From: Erythrobacter sp.
GTDB taxonomy: Bacteria; Pseudomonadota; Alphaproteobacteria; Sphingomonadales; Sphingomonadaceae
NCBI GenBank assembly: GCA_019739335.1
Contig: CP073261.1
Location: 996,818-1,060,817, forward strand
DNA length: 64,000 nucleotides
Direction: 5' to 3'
This document shows positions 39,128-49,769 of this stretch, in pieces. Below the pieces are notes generated by a model. That model worked only from the letters and a program-made list of their open reading frames with translations. It did no database searches and was not told where the DNA came from. The position numbers and the translations under genes were made by a program. Position 1 is the first letter of the stretch. Each line of letters begins with the position of its first letter.

Positions 39128-40140
39128 TGGGCCTCGATTGCAAGATGCTGTGCAAAGAACGGCAGCACTTCGGTGCGGATGCGTTCGCGGATGCGGTTGC
39201 CGTGGTCGCCTTCGTAGAGTTCGAACTGGTATTCCACGCCGAAGCGATCCAGCTCGCGGCGGAACTGGGCATTGCCTTCGAGCAGGAAGTCGGCATCGCC
39301 GATGTCCATCGCAAAGCCTTCCAGTGCCGCCAGTTCGGGCAGGAATTGCGGCATCAGTACTACCGGCGAATTGGCAGCGAGGCGCTGGTTGATCAGCGGA
39401 TCGATGGTGCCGTCTTCGCGCAGGCCGGTGTCGATACGGAGGAAGTGCTCGGCTGTTGGATCGGGCGACCAGGTTGCCAGCGTCGACACGCTCGCCAGCT
39501 GGAAGAATTCGGCGGCGGCCACGTCCTCCTCGCTCATGGCTTCGATGGCGCGCGCCTGATCGGGCGTCATTTCCATCGGCGGCAGGCAGCAGGCGCTCAT
39601 CATGTAGATGCTGGAGAAGATGCCGGGGCGGTGCATGGCGATGCGGATCGTGCCGTAGCCGCCCATCGAATGCCCAGCCAGCCCGCGCGAGGCGGGATCG
39701 GCAAGCGTCCGGTAATTGGCATCGACCCAGCCGACCAGATCATCCGCCACCATGCTTTCATAGTCACCCACGATCGGCCCGGACGAATAGAAGCCGCCGC
39801 GCAGCTTCGAGAACCCGTCGGGCATCACCATGATGAAATCATGCCCCGTCTCGCTGGACGCCTGCACCGCCTCGTCCAGCCGGAAGCCGGCCTGCTGCAC
39901 CTCGACCGGCATCCAGTAACCGTGCAGGAAATAGACCACCGGATAGCGGCGTTCGGGGTTCTCGTCATAGCCGGGAGGAGTGACGACCACGACATTGCGC
40001 GCGGTGGAATTGCCTTCGAGATTGCCCGCCAGCGAGGGCGCCTCGAAGGTCAACTGCGCCACCCGTGCGGTGTCCTGCGCAGCAGCGGGGGCAGCCAGCA
40101 ACAGCAGGGCGGACAGAGCGGTAACGGCGGATTTCAGCAT
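39124..40140 (-). CDS. Secreted putative esterase (alpha/beta hydrolase)
   Basis: Signal peptide; [20 protein letters not shown]. Confidence 0.88.
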   Translation of the reverse strand: MLKSAVTALSALLLLAAPAAAQDTARVAQLTFEAPSLAGNLEGNSTARNVVVVTPPGYDENPERRYPVVYFLHGYWMPVEVQQAGFRLDEAVQASSETGHDFIMVMPDGFSKLRGGFYSSGPIVGDYESMVADDLVGWVDANYRTLADPASRGLAGHSMGGYGTIRIAMHRPGIFSSIYMMSACCLPPMEMTPDQARAIEAMSEEDVAAAEFFQLASVSTLATWSPDPTAEHFLRIDTGLREDGTIDPLINQRLAANSPVVLMPQFLPELAALEGFAMDIGDADFLLEGNAQFRRELDRFGVEYQFELYEGDHGNRIRERIRTEVLPFFAQHLAIEAQ

Positions 40141-40297
40141 GATTCCTCCTCCTCTTGCATGTCCCTAGGCGGAGGGGCCGCGCCTGACAATCGCCCGACA
40201 ATCGCATCGGCCATGCCGTAGGCGGGAGCGCCGGGCAGCTGAAGATGGCGCAGGAAGTTATCACCCCGGCGGTGTTGTCTGGATGGCAAGGAGGGCG

Positions 40298-41458
40298 CTA
40301 AACCCCGATCAATTCCCGCCCGATCAGCATCCGCCTGATCTCGTTCGTCCCCGCGCCGATGTCCAGCAGCTTTGCGTCGCGCAGGTAGCGTTCGACAGGC
40401 CAGTCGGTGGTGTAGCCCGCGCCGCCCAGCGCCTGCACCGCTTCGCCCGCTACGCGGAAGGCGTTTTCGCTCGCCAGCAGGATCGCGCCCGCCGCGTCGA
40501 AACGCGTGGTCTGACCGGCATCGCAGGCGCGGGCCACGGCATAGGCATAGGCGCGCGCCGATTGCAGCGCGACATACATGTCCGCCACCTTGGCCTGGAT
40601 CAGCTGAAACGCGCCGATCGGCTTGCCGAACTGGCTGCGTTCGCGGACATAGGGGATCACCGTGTCGAGGCAGGCCTGCATGATGCCGAGCTGGACGCCG
40701 GAGAGCACCACGCGCTCGTAATCGAGCCCGCTCATCAGCACCTGCACGCCCCTGCCTATTTCTCCGAGCACGTTCTCTGCAGGCACCTCGCAATTGTCGA
40801 ATACCAGTTCGCTGGTGATCGAGCCCTTCATGCCCATTTTTGCGATCTTCTGCCCGCAGGAGAAGCCGGGCATGTCCCGCTCGATCAGGAAGGCGGTGAT
40901 GCCCTTGCTGCCGGCATCGGCATCGGTGCGGGCATAGACCACCAGTGTCTGTGCAGCGTGACCGTTGGTGATCCAGAACTTGGTGCCGTTGAGCACGTAG
41001 CCGCCCTGCACGGCATCGGCCTTCAGTTTCATAGAAACGACGTCCGAACCCGCCCCCGGCTCGCTCATCGCCAGTGAACCCACATGTTCGCCCGAAATCA
41101 GGCCAGGGAGGTATTTCGCTTTCTGCGCGGCATTGCCCCAGCGGGCGATCTGGTTGACGCAGAGGTTCGAATGCGCGCCGTAGCTGAGCCCGACCGAGGC
41201 GCTGGCGCGGCTAACCTCCTCCACCGCGATGGTATGTTCGAGATAGCCGAGCCCGGTGCCGCCGTCGGCCTCGCTTACGGTCATGCCGTGCAGGCCCAGT
41301 TCACCCATCTCGGGCCAGAGCTCGATCGGGAACCAGTCCTCGGCATCCACCTGTGCAGCCAGCGGCGCAATCCGCTCGTCGGCGAAGCGGGCAACGCTTT
41401 CGCGGATCATCTTGGCCTCTTCGGTCAGGCCGAAGTCGAAATCGGGAGTGGCACGCAT
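40298..41458 (-). CDS. ivd: Isovaleryl-CoA dehydrogenase
   Basis: GLSYGAHSNLC, AMSEPGAGSDV, LNGTKFWITNG, IGAGTNEIRR; start at MRATPDFDFG. Confidence 0.93.
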   Translation of the reverse strand: MRATPDFDFGLTEEAKMIRESVARFADERIAPLAAQVDAEDWFPIELWPEMGELGLHGMTVSEADGGTGLGYLEHTIAVEEVSRASASVGLSYGAHSNLCVNQIARWGNAAQKAKYLPGLISGEHVGSLAMSEPGAGSDVVSMKLKADAVQGGYVLNGTKFWITNGHAAQTLVVYARTDADAGSKGITAFLIERDMPGFSCGQKIAKMGMKGSITSELVFDNCEVPAENVLGEIGRGVQVLMSGLDYERVVLSGVQLGIMQACLDTVIPYVRERSQFGKPIGAFQLIQAKVADMYVALQSARAYAYAVARACDAGQTTRFDAAGAILLASENAFRVAGEAVQALGGAGYTTDWPVERYLRDAKLLDIGAGTNEIRRMLIGRELIGV

Positions 41459-41603
41459 GGGAATGGTCCTTGGTTGGTCGGCGGGGGCAATAGCAAGCGA
41501 GCGCGGGGAGGCAAACAGGTTGCACGCGAAACCGGCACTGATAAGCTCGGCTTTGCAATTCCCGCAAAACCGCGCTAAAGCTCGCCTGTTGGGGAATAAG
41601 CCT

Positions 41604-43118
41604 TTGAATTTAAATACTATTCTACCAGATCCGGGAAAGTTTGTCCCCGCTCCACGAATCGTGGACGAGGCTGAGCGTTTGCGCGTGCTCGATAGTTTCG
41701 CGCCTGATTCACTGCAGGACGATGCCGAACTCGCCGCCATCGTGCAATTTGCCGCGCGCTTGTGCGATGTGCCGATTGCGCAGGTCACGCTGGTTGAGCA
41801 ATTGCGCCAGCGCTTCCTTTCCGGCCTGGGACTCGACGTGTGCGAGGCTTCGCGCGACGGCTCCTTCTGCGCCGAGGCAATGCTGTCGCCGGGACTGATG
41901 GAAGTGCGCGATGCCACCGGCGATCCGCGTTTCGCTTCCCATGCAATGGTCACTTCCGCGCCTGCTATCCGCTTCTATGCCGGACAACCGCTGATTTCTG
42001 CAGAAGGAGTGCCGCTAGGTGCGCTTTGCGTCATCGGCACGGTCGTGCGACCAGATGGGCTCACCGCGCTTCAGCGTCAGGGTATGGAAGTGCTGGGTCA
42101 GGCGGTAATGCGTCGGCTCAACGCGCAGCGTGAAAGCATTCGGGCGGAGCGGGAAATCGCCTTGCGCGAAGACCGCCTGCAACGCATTCTCGAAGGCATG
42201 CCGCAGATCGCCTGGTCTGCCGATGCGGAGGGCAATTTCGACTATTTCAACGCTCGCTGGGAAAAGCAGATCGGCGCGGCGCCGCCGGGATCTTCCGACG
42301 AATGGCAGCGCTTCATCCATCCCGACGATCACGAGATGATCTTCGCAGATTGGTATGGGGCACTCAGGAGCGGGGAGGAATTTGCTGCAGAATATCGGCT
42401 GCGTTTCGCTGATGGAAGTTACCGTTGGGTAATGGGGCAGGCCCTACCGGTAACCGAAGCGGACGGAACCAAGCGCTGGTTCGGCACGGTCACCGACGTC
42501 CACGAATTGCGCCAGGCGCTGGAACAGCGCGACATGATCGCCAGCGAATTGTCGCACCGGATCAAGAACATCTTCGCGGTAATGATCGGACTGGCAACCT
42601 TAAAGGTGCGCAAAACGCCTGAACACCAGCCCTATGCAGACGAACTGGTCGAAGTGCTCCGCGCGCTGGGCCGGGCGCACGATTTCGTCCAGCCGGGTGC
42701 AGCGTCGGCGCAGGATCGGTTGCAGGGATTGCTGGCAGCACTGTTCGCGCCCTACTCTGACAATGCGAGCACCCCGCGGGTGCTGGTGAGCGGGGCAGAC
42801 AGTGCCATCGGCCTGAATGCCGCGACGCCACTGGCGCTGGTATTCCACGAGCTCGCGACAAATTCCGCGAAGTATGGCGCTCTTTCGGGAGAGGTTGGCC
42901 ATGTGACATTGGCGGTGGAGGATCGCGGCGAACACATCGCGCTGAACTGGGCCGAGCATGGTGGCCCTCCCGCAGTTGATAGCGGGCAGGACGGTTTCGG
43001 TTCGCGGCTGGTGGAAATGAGCGTGAAGGGGCAGCTCGGCGGCAGCTGGGAACGCCGGTTCACGCCCGACGGACTGGTTGTGCAACTGACCGTCTCGAAG
43101 AAATCTATCGCGCGTTAG
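41604..43118 (+). CDS. GAF-PAS-HWE family sensor histidine kinase
   Basis: EAERLRVL...IRFYAGQPL (GAF); IHPDD...YRWV (PAS); SHRIKN, ELATNSAKYGAL, NWAE, GFGSRL; TTG start inferred. Confidence 0.88.
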   Translation: MNLNTILPDPGKFVPAPRIVDEAERLRVLDSFAPDSLQDDAELAAIVQFAARLCDVPIAQVTLVEQLRQRFLSGLGLDVCEASRDGSFCAEAMLSPGLMEVRDATGDPRFASHAMVTSAPAIRFYAGQPLISAEGVPLGALCVIGTVVRPDGLTALQRQGMEVLGQAVMRRLNAQRESIRAEREIALREDRLQRILEGMPQIAWSADAEGNFDYFNARWEKQIGAAPPGSSDEWQRFIHPDDHEMIFADWYGALRSGEEFAAEYRLRFADGSYRWVMGQALPVTEADGTKRWFGTVTDVHELRQALEQRDMIASELSHRIKNIFAVMIGLATLKVRKTPEHQPYADELVEVLRALGRAHDFVQPGAASAQDRLQGLLAALFAPYSDNASTPRVLVSGADSAIGLNAATPLALVFHELATNSAKYGALSGEVGHVTLAVEDRGEHIALNWAEHGGPPAVDSGQDGFGSRLVEMSVKGQLGGSWERRFTPDGLVVQLTVSKKSIAR

Positions 43119-43121
43119 CGG

Positions 43122-44222
43122 TCAGGCGACGGGCGGGGCGAAGCCGACTGCATCAGGCCAGTCGGGTCCGGTCAGGCCCATCACCTTGAACAGGCTGCCC
43201 ATTTGCTCGGGCGAAGTCAGCCGGTCGCGCGCGCGCATCAGCGCTTCGCGGTGCTGCGGGGCGAATTTGGCCAGCGCCTCGGCGCGCTGGTCGATCCCCA
43301 GCGCTTTCAGCCAGGCCCCCTGCTCCACCGTGCCGAGCACCCGCGCGCCCCGCGAACGGGCGATCTGTTCCATCTGCGCGAAATCGACATGGGCGGAGAG
43401 GTCCACTTCTCCCGGAGCATCGAACACGCCGACCCTCTGGTGATCGCGTACCGCTTGCAAGCTGGCACCGGAACGCCCATCGGCATGGCCGTAATCGATG
43501 AACAGGGCCGCACCGCCCTGTTCCGCCAGCCGCCCCGCCACTTCGAACAGAATGGTGGCGCAGGCGGGCGAGGTTTCGATCACCGTACCCAGCTGTGAAT
43601 TGCGTTTCGCTTCGGCCACCGCGGAATCCATCGGTTGGCGACCGGGCACTTCGATGAAATTGCCCGCGGTGTCCACGCTCACCATGATCTCGCGCCAGCC
43701 TTCCTCGGTTTTCACAAGCTGCCGCACCGGCAAGGCATCGAGGAATTCGTTGGCCACCAGCAACACCGGTCCGGCCAGCGGAATGCGGGAGAGATCGTGG
43801 TGATGGATTGCTTCGGGAAGCGTCGCCAGTTGTGCATCGCGCATCCGCCGCGAAGTCTCCACAAGGTGCATCTTCGGCTTGAGTCCGTAGCGCAGCATCG
43901 CCCGGAAGGCATCGCGCGCGAGCGTGCCCCTACCGGGGCCAAGCTCGACATAATGCACCGGCTCGGTTCGCCCGGCGCGGATCCACATGTCCGCCAGCCA
44001 CAGCCCGATCAGCTCGCCGAACATCTGGCTCACTTCGGGGGCGGTGATGAAGTCCCCGCCCCCCACACTGCTGGGACCGCCTATGGGCTTGCGATCGGTA
44101 TAATAGCGGGCATTGGATTCGCCCATGTAATGCGCCAGGCTGATTGGCCCGGTAGCTGCGATCAGGCGCCGGAAGGTTTCGCCAAGGTCGCGCCGGGCAT
44201 CCTCTTCGCGCAAGTCGCTCAT
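43122..44222 (-). CDS. SAM-dependent methyltransferase, MidA/NDUFAF7 family
   Basis: DFITAPEVSQMFGE, VELGPGRG, ANEFLDALP, DLSAHVDF, MGSLFKV. Confidence 0.92.
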   Translation of the reverse strand: MSDLREEDARRDLGETFRRLIAATGPISLAHYMGESNARYYTDRKPIGGPSSVGGGDFITAPEVSQMFGELIGLWLADMWIRAGRTEPVHYVELGPGRGTLARDAFRAMLRYGLKPKMHLVETSRRMRDAQLATLPEAIHHHDLSRIPLAGPVLLVANEFLDALPVRQLVKTEEGWREIMVSVDTAGNFIEVPGRQPMDSAVAEAKRNSQLGTVIETSPACATILFEVAGRLAEQGGAALFIDYGHADGRSGASLQAVRDHQRVGVFDAPGEVDLSAHVDFAQMEQIARSRGARVLGTVEQGAWLKALGIDQRAEALAKFAPQHREALMRARDRLTSPEQMGSLFKVMGLTGPDWPDAVGFAPPVA

Positions 44223-45148
44223 GCGGAAGTGGTATCCACCTCCGGCGGCGCGCCCGTGGGCGTTGCCGGGATTTTCTTCGCGCCGGTGGCGGTGGCCGGG
44301 CGGGTCAAAGACCAGACCACCAGCCCCAGCCCCAGCACGAGCATCGGCACCGTCAGCCATTGCCCCATGCTGAGCCCGGTGCGCTCGGCGAATTCGGTCA
44401 GCTGTGCGTCCGGCTGGCGGAAGAATTCAACCGTGAAGCGGGCTACCGCGATCAGCACGGTGAACACGCCGACAAGAAACCCGGTGCGGAAGCGCGCGCG
44501 GGTCAGCCAGAACAGGCTCAGCATTACCACCAGCACCAGCAGCCCCTCACCAAACGCCTGGTAGAGCTGGCTGGGATGGCGCGGGAGCGCGTCGGGATCG
44601 GTCGGGAAGATCATTGCCAGTGGCGCGTCCGGCCCCGCAACGCGACCCCACAACTCGCCGTTGATGAAATTCGCCAGCCGCCCGAGCAGCATCCCCATGC
44701 CGACATTGACGCTGATATAATCGCAGACCCGCAGGAACGGCAGCCCGCCGCGCCAGCTGACATAGCCGATGGCTGCTACCACGCCGGCCAGTCCGCCGTG
44801 GAAGCTCATCCCGCCGTCCCACAATCGCAGCGCGCGCCAGGAGATGAAGCCATCGCCCGAAAAGTCGGTCCACAGGCCGGGTTCGTAAAAGGTCAGATAA
44901 CCGATCCGCCCGCCGAGGATGATGCCCAGCGTACACCAGAAAAACAGGTCATCGACATGGACCTGCGCCATCGGCGCGCCAGGAGCCTTGATCATTCTCG
45001 ACAGGTGCCAGTAGGCGAAAATAATCCCCGCCAGATAGGCGAGCGAATAGTACTTCAGCTCGAAAAACCCGAGATCGAGGCCGGGGCGCAGGCCCAGCTC
45101 GCTCCAGCGGATGACTTCGCCCGATGCTGTGGCCAGCATATCCAGCAT
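44219..45148 (-). CDS. lgt: Prolipoprotein diacylglyceryl transferase
   Basis: GGRIGY, GGMSFHGG, GRLANFINGELWGR, RHPSQLY. Confidence 0.97.
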   Translation of the reverse strand: MLDMLATASGEVIRWSELGLRPGLDLGFFELKYYSLAYLAGIIFAYWHLSRMIKAPGAPMAQVHVDDLFFWCTLGIILGGRIGYLTFYEPGLWTDFSGDGFISWRALRLWDGGMSFHGGLAGVVAAIGYVSWRGGLPFLRVCDYISVNVGMGMLLGRLANFINGELWGRVAGPDAPLAMIFPTDPDALPRHPSQLYQAFGEGLLVLVVMLSLFWLTRARFRTGFLVGVFTVLIAVARFTVEFFRQPDAQLTEFAERTGLSMGQWLTVPMLVLGLGLVVWSLTRPATATGAKKIPATPTGAPPEVDTTSA

Positions 45149-45297
45149 TGTATGTGCGCCCCTTGGCGTTGCGACCGCGCGCGGCCCGTTATGCGCGCGG
45201 CTTTGGCATAGAGCAGGCGCGGGTTAAAGCCCCGCTAACCCGCACGGAAGGGATTGCCGCTTTGCAATGCGGCCAGCGCGCGCCTATTTCCGCCCGC

Positions 45298-48066
45298 GTG
45301 AACCTTCCCAGCATCCCCCAGCAGCGCAAGATCATCGATCGCCGCGCGCTTGCGGCCAGCGTCGCCGCAATCGTCGAGCAGCACGGCGCAACGGCTGGGC
45401 GGCAGCGGGTGGTCGATGCGCTGCGCCACGCGCTGGCCGAAGGTCGCAAGGAAATCGGTACCAGGCTCGCCCGACACCCCGGCGCGGGGCACGAGCACGC
45501 GCACAGCCAGGCATTCCTGATCGACCAGCTGATCCGGGTTATCCACGATCACGTGATCGACCACGTCTATCCTGCCGCCAACCGTTCGAGCGGCGAACGT
45601 ATCGCGCTGCTGGCAGTGGGCGGCTACGGGCGCGGCGAGATGGCACCCTATTCGGATGTCGACCTGGCGTTTATCACCCCGCACAAGCCGACCAGCTGGT
45701 GCGAACAGGTGATCGAGGCGATCCTCTATTACCTGTGGGACCTGAACTTGCAGGTCGGCCATTCCAGCCGTTCGCTGGCGGAAATGGTGCGGATGGCGAG
45801 GGGCGACCTGACGATCCGCACCGCGCTGCTCGAAGGGCGTTACCTGTGGGGTGATAAGGGCGTGTACGACATGGCCAGCGCCCAGTTCTGGAACGAAGTC
45901 GTCCCCGGCACCCAGGCCACTTTCGTGCAGGAGAAGCTCGAGGAAAGCAACGCGCGGCACAAGCGGATGGGCGATTCGCGCTATGTCGTCGAACCCAATG
46001 TGAAGGATGGCAAGGGCGGCCTGCGCGATTTGCAGACGCTCTACTGGATCGGCAAATATACCCACCGGGTCAAAAGCGCCGCCGATCTGGTCGAAACCGG
46101 GCTGTTCACCGAACGCGAATACCGCAGCTTCCGCCGTGCCGAAGGGTTCCTGCTGGCAGTGCGCGCGCACCTGCATTCGATCTCGGGTCGCGGAGAGGAC
46201 CGGCTGACCTTCGATCTCCAACGCGAAGTGGCCGAGCGGATGCAGTATGCCGACCGCCCCGGCAAAAGCGCGGTCGAACGGTTCATGCAGTTCTACTTCC
46301 TCCAGGCCAAGCACGTCGGCCACCTGACGGGGGTGTTCCTTGCCGAGCTGGAGGAACAGGCGACGCAAAAGAGCCGGGTGGCAGGGTTCTTTTCCTCGAT
46401 CCGCCGGGGCCGCTCGCGGAAGGTCGATGGCTATCTGGCCGAAGGAGACAGGCTGGCTGCGCCCTCGGACGACTGGTTCGCCAAAGACCCGGTGCGCCTG
46501 CTCGAAGTGTTCGCCGTGGCCGAACGCGAGGGGCTGGAAGTCCACCCCGGCACCATCCGCATCGCCCGCCGCGATGCCGGGCTGATCGGCCCCGAAGTTC
46601 GCCGCGACCCGCGGGCCAACGACCTGTTCATGCAGGTGCTGGCAGGCAAGCGCGATCCTGAGACGGTGCTGCGCTGGATGAACGAAGCCGGCGTTTTCGG
46701 CCGGTTCGTGCCGGATTTCGGCAAGGTCAACGCGCAGATGCAGTTCGACATGTATCATCATTATACGGTGGACGAACACACCATCCGCGCCATCGGTCTG
46801 CTCAGCGAGATCGAGCGCGGATTGCACGGCGAGGATCACCCCCTCGCCAGCGAGATCATACCCAAGCTGGTCAACCGCCGGGTACTGTTCGTCGCCACCT
46901 TGCTGCACGATATCGCCAAGGGGCGCGGCGGCGATCATTCGGTGCTGGGGGCAGAGGTGGCGCGCAAGCTGTGCCCGCGGCTGGGGCTGGACGAGAAGGA
47001 GACCGAACTCGTCGCCTGGCTGGTCCGCTACCACCTGTGGATGAGCGCCACCGCCTTCAAGCGCGACCTGTCCGATCCGCGCACCATCGCCAATTTCGTC
47101 GCCGAAGTGCAGAGCCTTGAACGGTTGCGGCTGCTGACCGTGCTCACCATCGTCGATATCCGCGCGGTCGGGCCGGGGGTGTGGAACAGCTGGAAGCGGC
47201 AATTGCTCGCCGATTGCTACGAAGCGGCGCAGGAATTGCTGCGGCTCGGACACAAGACCCACGGGCGCGCCGAGCGGGTGGCGGCGAAGAAGGAGCGGGT
47301 GGGCGACCTGCTCGGCGCAAAGGCGCACTTGGTGGCCGATCTGGATGATCGTTTCGACGATACCTACTGGATCGCCGAGCCGGAAGACGTGATCGCCATC
47401 AACCTCGCGCATTATGCTGCAGCCCGCGCAGCGCAGGATTCGCTTTCGATCCATACCGTGTATTACGCTGCACTGGGGGCCACGCTTGTGACGGTGATCG
47501 GCAACGATCATCCGGGCCTGTTCTTCCGCATTGCCGGGGCCATCCATCTGGCAGGCGGCAATATCTGCGACGCTCGCATCCACACCAACAAGGTTGGCAA
47601 GGCGGTGGACAATTTCCTGGTGCAAGACCCGCTGGGCAAGCCGTTCAGCGAGCCATCGCAGCTCAAGCGCCTGCAGAAGGCGATCGAGGATGCACTGGCA
47701 AATCGCATCGACATGGTACCGAGCCTGGCCAAGCGCCCGCTGAAGCACATGCGGGCGCAGAATTTCCGCGTTTCGGCTGAAGTTACCTTTGATAATGACG
47801 CGAGCAGCCGCTTTACGGTTATCGAGGTCAACGCAACCGATCGCCCGGCGCTGCTCAACCGGCTGACGCGGGCGATGTTCGAACAGAACCTGTTGATCAA
47901 TTCGGCGCACATTACCCATTACGGGGAGCGCGCGGTGGATACCTTCTACGTCACCGACCTCTTGGGGATGAAGGTCGATTCGGCGGAACGGCTACGCAAG
48001 GTGGAACGGGCCCTGCTCGATGCAGTTGCGGCGGGCGAGACCGAACTGGAGGAAGCGGCGCAATAG
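45298..48066 (+). CDS. glnD: [Protein-PII] uridylyltransferase
   Basis: AVGGYGRGEMAPYSDVD, EPNVKDGKGGLRD, YHHYTVDEH, LLHDIAKG, two ACT domains; GTG start inferred. Confidence 0.96.
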   Translation: MNLPSIPQQRKIIDRRALAASVAAIVEQHGATAGRQRVVDALRHALAEGRKEIGTRLARHPGAGHEHAHSQAFLIDQLIRVIHDHVIDHVYPAANRSSGERIALLAVGGYGRGEMAPYSDVDLAFITPHKPTSWCEQVIEAILYYLWDLNLQVGHSSRSLAEMVRMARGDLTIRTALLEGRYLWGDKGVYDMASAQFWNEVVPGTQATFVQEKLEESNARHKRMGDSRYVVEPNVKDGKGGLRDLQTLYWIGKYTHRVKSAADLVETGLFTEREYRSFRRAEGFLLAVRAHLHSISGRGEDRLTFDLQREVAERMQYADRPGKSAVERFMQFYFLQAKHVGHLTGVFLAELEEQATQKSRVAGFFSSIRRGRSRKVDGYLAEGDRLAAPSDDWFAKDPVRLLEVFAVAEREGLEVHPGTIRIARRDAGLIGPEVRRDPRANDLFMQVLAGKRDPETVLRWMNEAGVFGRFVPDFGKVNAQMQFDMYHHYTVDEHTIRAIGLLSEIERGLHGEDHPLASEIIPKLVNRRVLFVATLLHDIAKGRGGDHSVLGAEVARKLCPRLGLDEKETELVAWLVRYHLWMSATAFKRDLSDPRTIANFVAEVQSLERLRLLTVLTIVDIRAVGPGVWNSWKRQLLADCYEAAQELLRLGHKTHGRAERVAAKKERVGDLLGAKAHLVADLDDRFDDTYWIAEPEDVIAINLAHYAAARAAQDSLSIHTVYYAALGATLVTVIGNDHPGLFFRIAGAIHLAGGNICDARIHTNKVGKAVDNFLVQDPLGKPFSEPSQLKRLQKAIEDALANRIDMVPSLAKRPLKHMRAQNFRVSAEVTFDNDASSRFTVIEVNATDRPALLNRLTRAMFEQNLLINSAHITHYGERAVDTFYVTDLLGMKVDSAERLRKVERALLDAVAAGETELEEAAQ

Positions 48067-48091
48067 CGCGGCGCAATGCTGCCGGCTTGCG

Positions 48092-48430
48092 TCAGCCGCA
48101 GGTGGCGACGATGTGATCAAAGACGTAGGGGCTGATCGGGGTCAGGAAGCGGCAACCCGCCGTGTCCACCTTTGCCCAGCACACTTCGGCCTGAAGCAAC
48201 TGGATTCCGGCGAAGCGGATAAACAGCGGAGTGCCGCGCGGCGGCATGTCGAGAATGGTGACCTGGAAGCCGTCCGGCGTCAGATCCGCCAGTTGCGCCC
48301 GGCGCCAGGCGCGGTTGCCGATCCGGATATCGCAATCGATATCGACACGCGCCCGGCCATTGTTCCGGTGATCGGAGTCGGTGCCTTCGGACAGACCGGT
48401 CTGCTGGGCCACATCTATCATCGCGTTCAC
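48092..48430 (-). CDS. PilZ domain protein
   Basis: RNNGR, DLTPDG, AEVCW...AGCRF. Confidence 0.8.
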   Translation of the reverse strand: MNAMIDVAQQTGLSEGTDSDHRNNGRARVDIDCDIRIGNRAWRRAQLADLTPDGFQVTILDMPPRGTPLFIRFAGIQLLQAEVCWAKVDTAGCRFLTPISPYVFDHIVATCG

Positions 48431-48539
48431 CCGTTAACCTTGCAATTCCTGAGGGGGTCTGTGTGTTGCAACGCAATACCCCCGGTGGCATTAAGGTTCG
48501 GTTGCGGCGTACCTGCGTAAAGTACGACCTGTAGCAAGA

Positions 48540-49007
48540 TTATCGCATCCGTTCGACGCGCAGATAGCCCGAGCCCTCTTCGAAGCGGATTTCGTACGCC
48601 CCGCTCCAGTGGCGCGAGATCGTTCCCACCCATCCCACGCGGACGCGATTGCGCAGAGTCGAGCCGTCGATCTCGCGCCAAAGCTGGCCGTTGTCGAACA
48701 GCACCACTTGTGACCGGCGCGCGCCTTGGAGGATCTCGGTGACGGTGGCGGTGACACTGTTGTCGGTGGCGTCACGCTCGATATTCTCGTCACTGGCACG
48801 AAAACCGAACACCTCCTCGCGCTGTTCTGCGGCCTGCTCCGCCCGCTCGGCTATCACCACGCTTTGGCGCGCATAGGTGGCGTCGAAACAGGCCAGCCGC
48901 TCGGCATCGCTCTCCATCGCGGCGCAGGCGGCATAGGGGTCGTCCTGTGCAGCGGCGGGCGCGGCGAAAAGGAGCAGGAGCGGCAGGGCGAGAAGGCGGC
49001 TGGTCAT
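48540..49007 (-). CDS. Exported hypothetical protein
   Basis: Signal peptide; CAAMESDAERLACFD; LFDNGQLWRE. Confidence 0.75.
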   Translation of the reverse strand: MTSRLLALPLLLLFAAPAAAQDDPYAACAAMESDAERLACFDATYARQSVVIAERAEQAAEQREEVFGFRASDENIERDATDNSVTATVTEILQGARRSQVVLFDNGQLWREIDGSTLRNRVRVGWVGTISRHWSGAYEIRFEEGSGYLRVERMR

Positions 49008-49065
49008 GGCGTGGCGTCCCGGAATTGGCGGATATGAAGGACTTGGCGCGTGCAGCACCCCCGCG

Positions 49066-49746
49066 TCAAGTGCGGGCGCCAAACAGCGCGGTACCTACGC
49101 GCACATGGGTCGCGCCAAGCATGATCGCGGTGGGGAAGTCCCCGCTCATCCCCATGCTGCGGCCTGTCAGGCCGTGATCGTCGGCCAGCTTGGCCAGCAG
49201 CGCGAAATAGGGGGCGGGTTCGATGCCTGCGGGGGGGACGCACATCAGCCCGGCAAGAGGCAGTTCAGCCGCGCGCGCCTGTGCCAGCAAGGCGGGCAAA
49301 TCGGCAATCGGGCAGCCGCCTTTCTGCACTTCCTGCCCGATATCGACCTGCACAAATGATGCAACCTGCCGCCCGAACTTGTCGAAGGCCCTGGCCAGCG
49401 CGGTGACAAGGCTCGGCCGGTCTAGAGAGTGGATACAATCGAACAGCCGCGCGGCGTCTTCCGCCTTGTTCGATTGCAGGCTGCCGACGAGGTGCAGTTG
49501 AATGCCAGGGGTCGCTTCACGCAGGGCTGGCCACTTGGCCTGCGCTTCCTGCACCCGGTTTTCGCCGAATACCCGCTGTCCGGCGGCTATCAAGGGCGCG
49601 ATATCCCCGGCGCTGTGGGTCTTGCTGACCGCGACCAGCGTGACCTCCTCCGGCTTGCGGCGGGCGATGGCGCAGGCGCGGGCGATTTCCGCGTTCACGG
49701 CGGCGATGCGACCAGAAGAATCGGAGGCAGTGGCACTTTCACTCAT
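49066..49746 (-). CDS. yggS: YggS family PLP-binding protein
   Basis: LVAVSKT, FGENRVQE, GSLQSNK, SMGMSGD, HVRVGTALFG. Confidence 0.93.
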   Translation of the reverse strand: MSESATASDSSGRIAAVNAEIARACAIARRKPEEVTLVAVSKTHSAGDIAPLIAAGQRVFGENRVQEAQAKWPALREATPGIQLHLVGSLQSNKAEDAARLFDCIHSLDRPSLVTALARAFDKFGRQVASFVQVDIGQEVQKGGCPIADLPALLAQARAAELPLAGLMCVPPAGIEPAPYFALLAKLADDHGLTGRSMGMSGDFPTAIMLGATHVRVGTALFGART

Positions 49747-49769
49747 GGGCGCGCTATAGCGCGAGAGGC

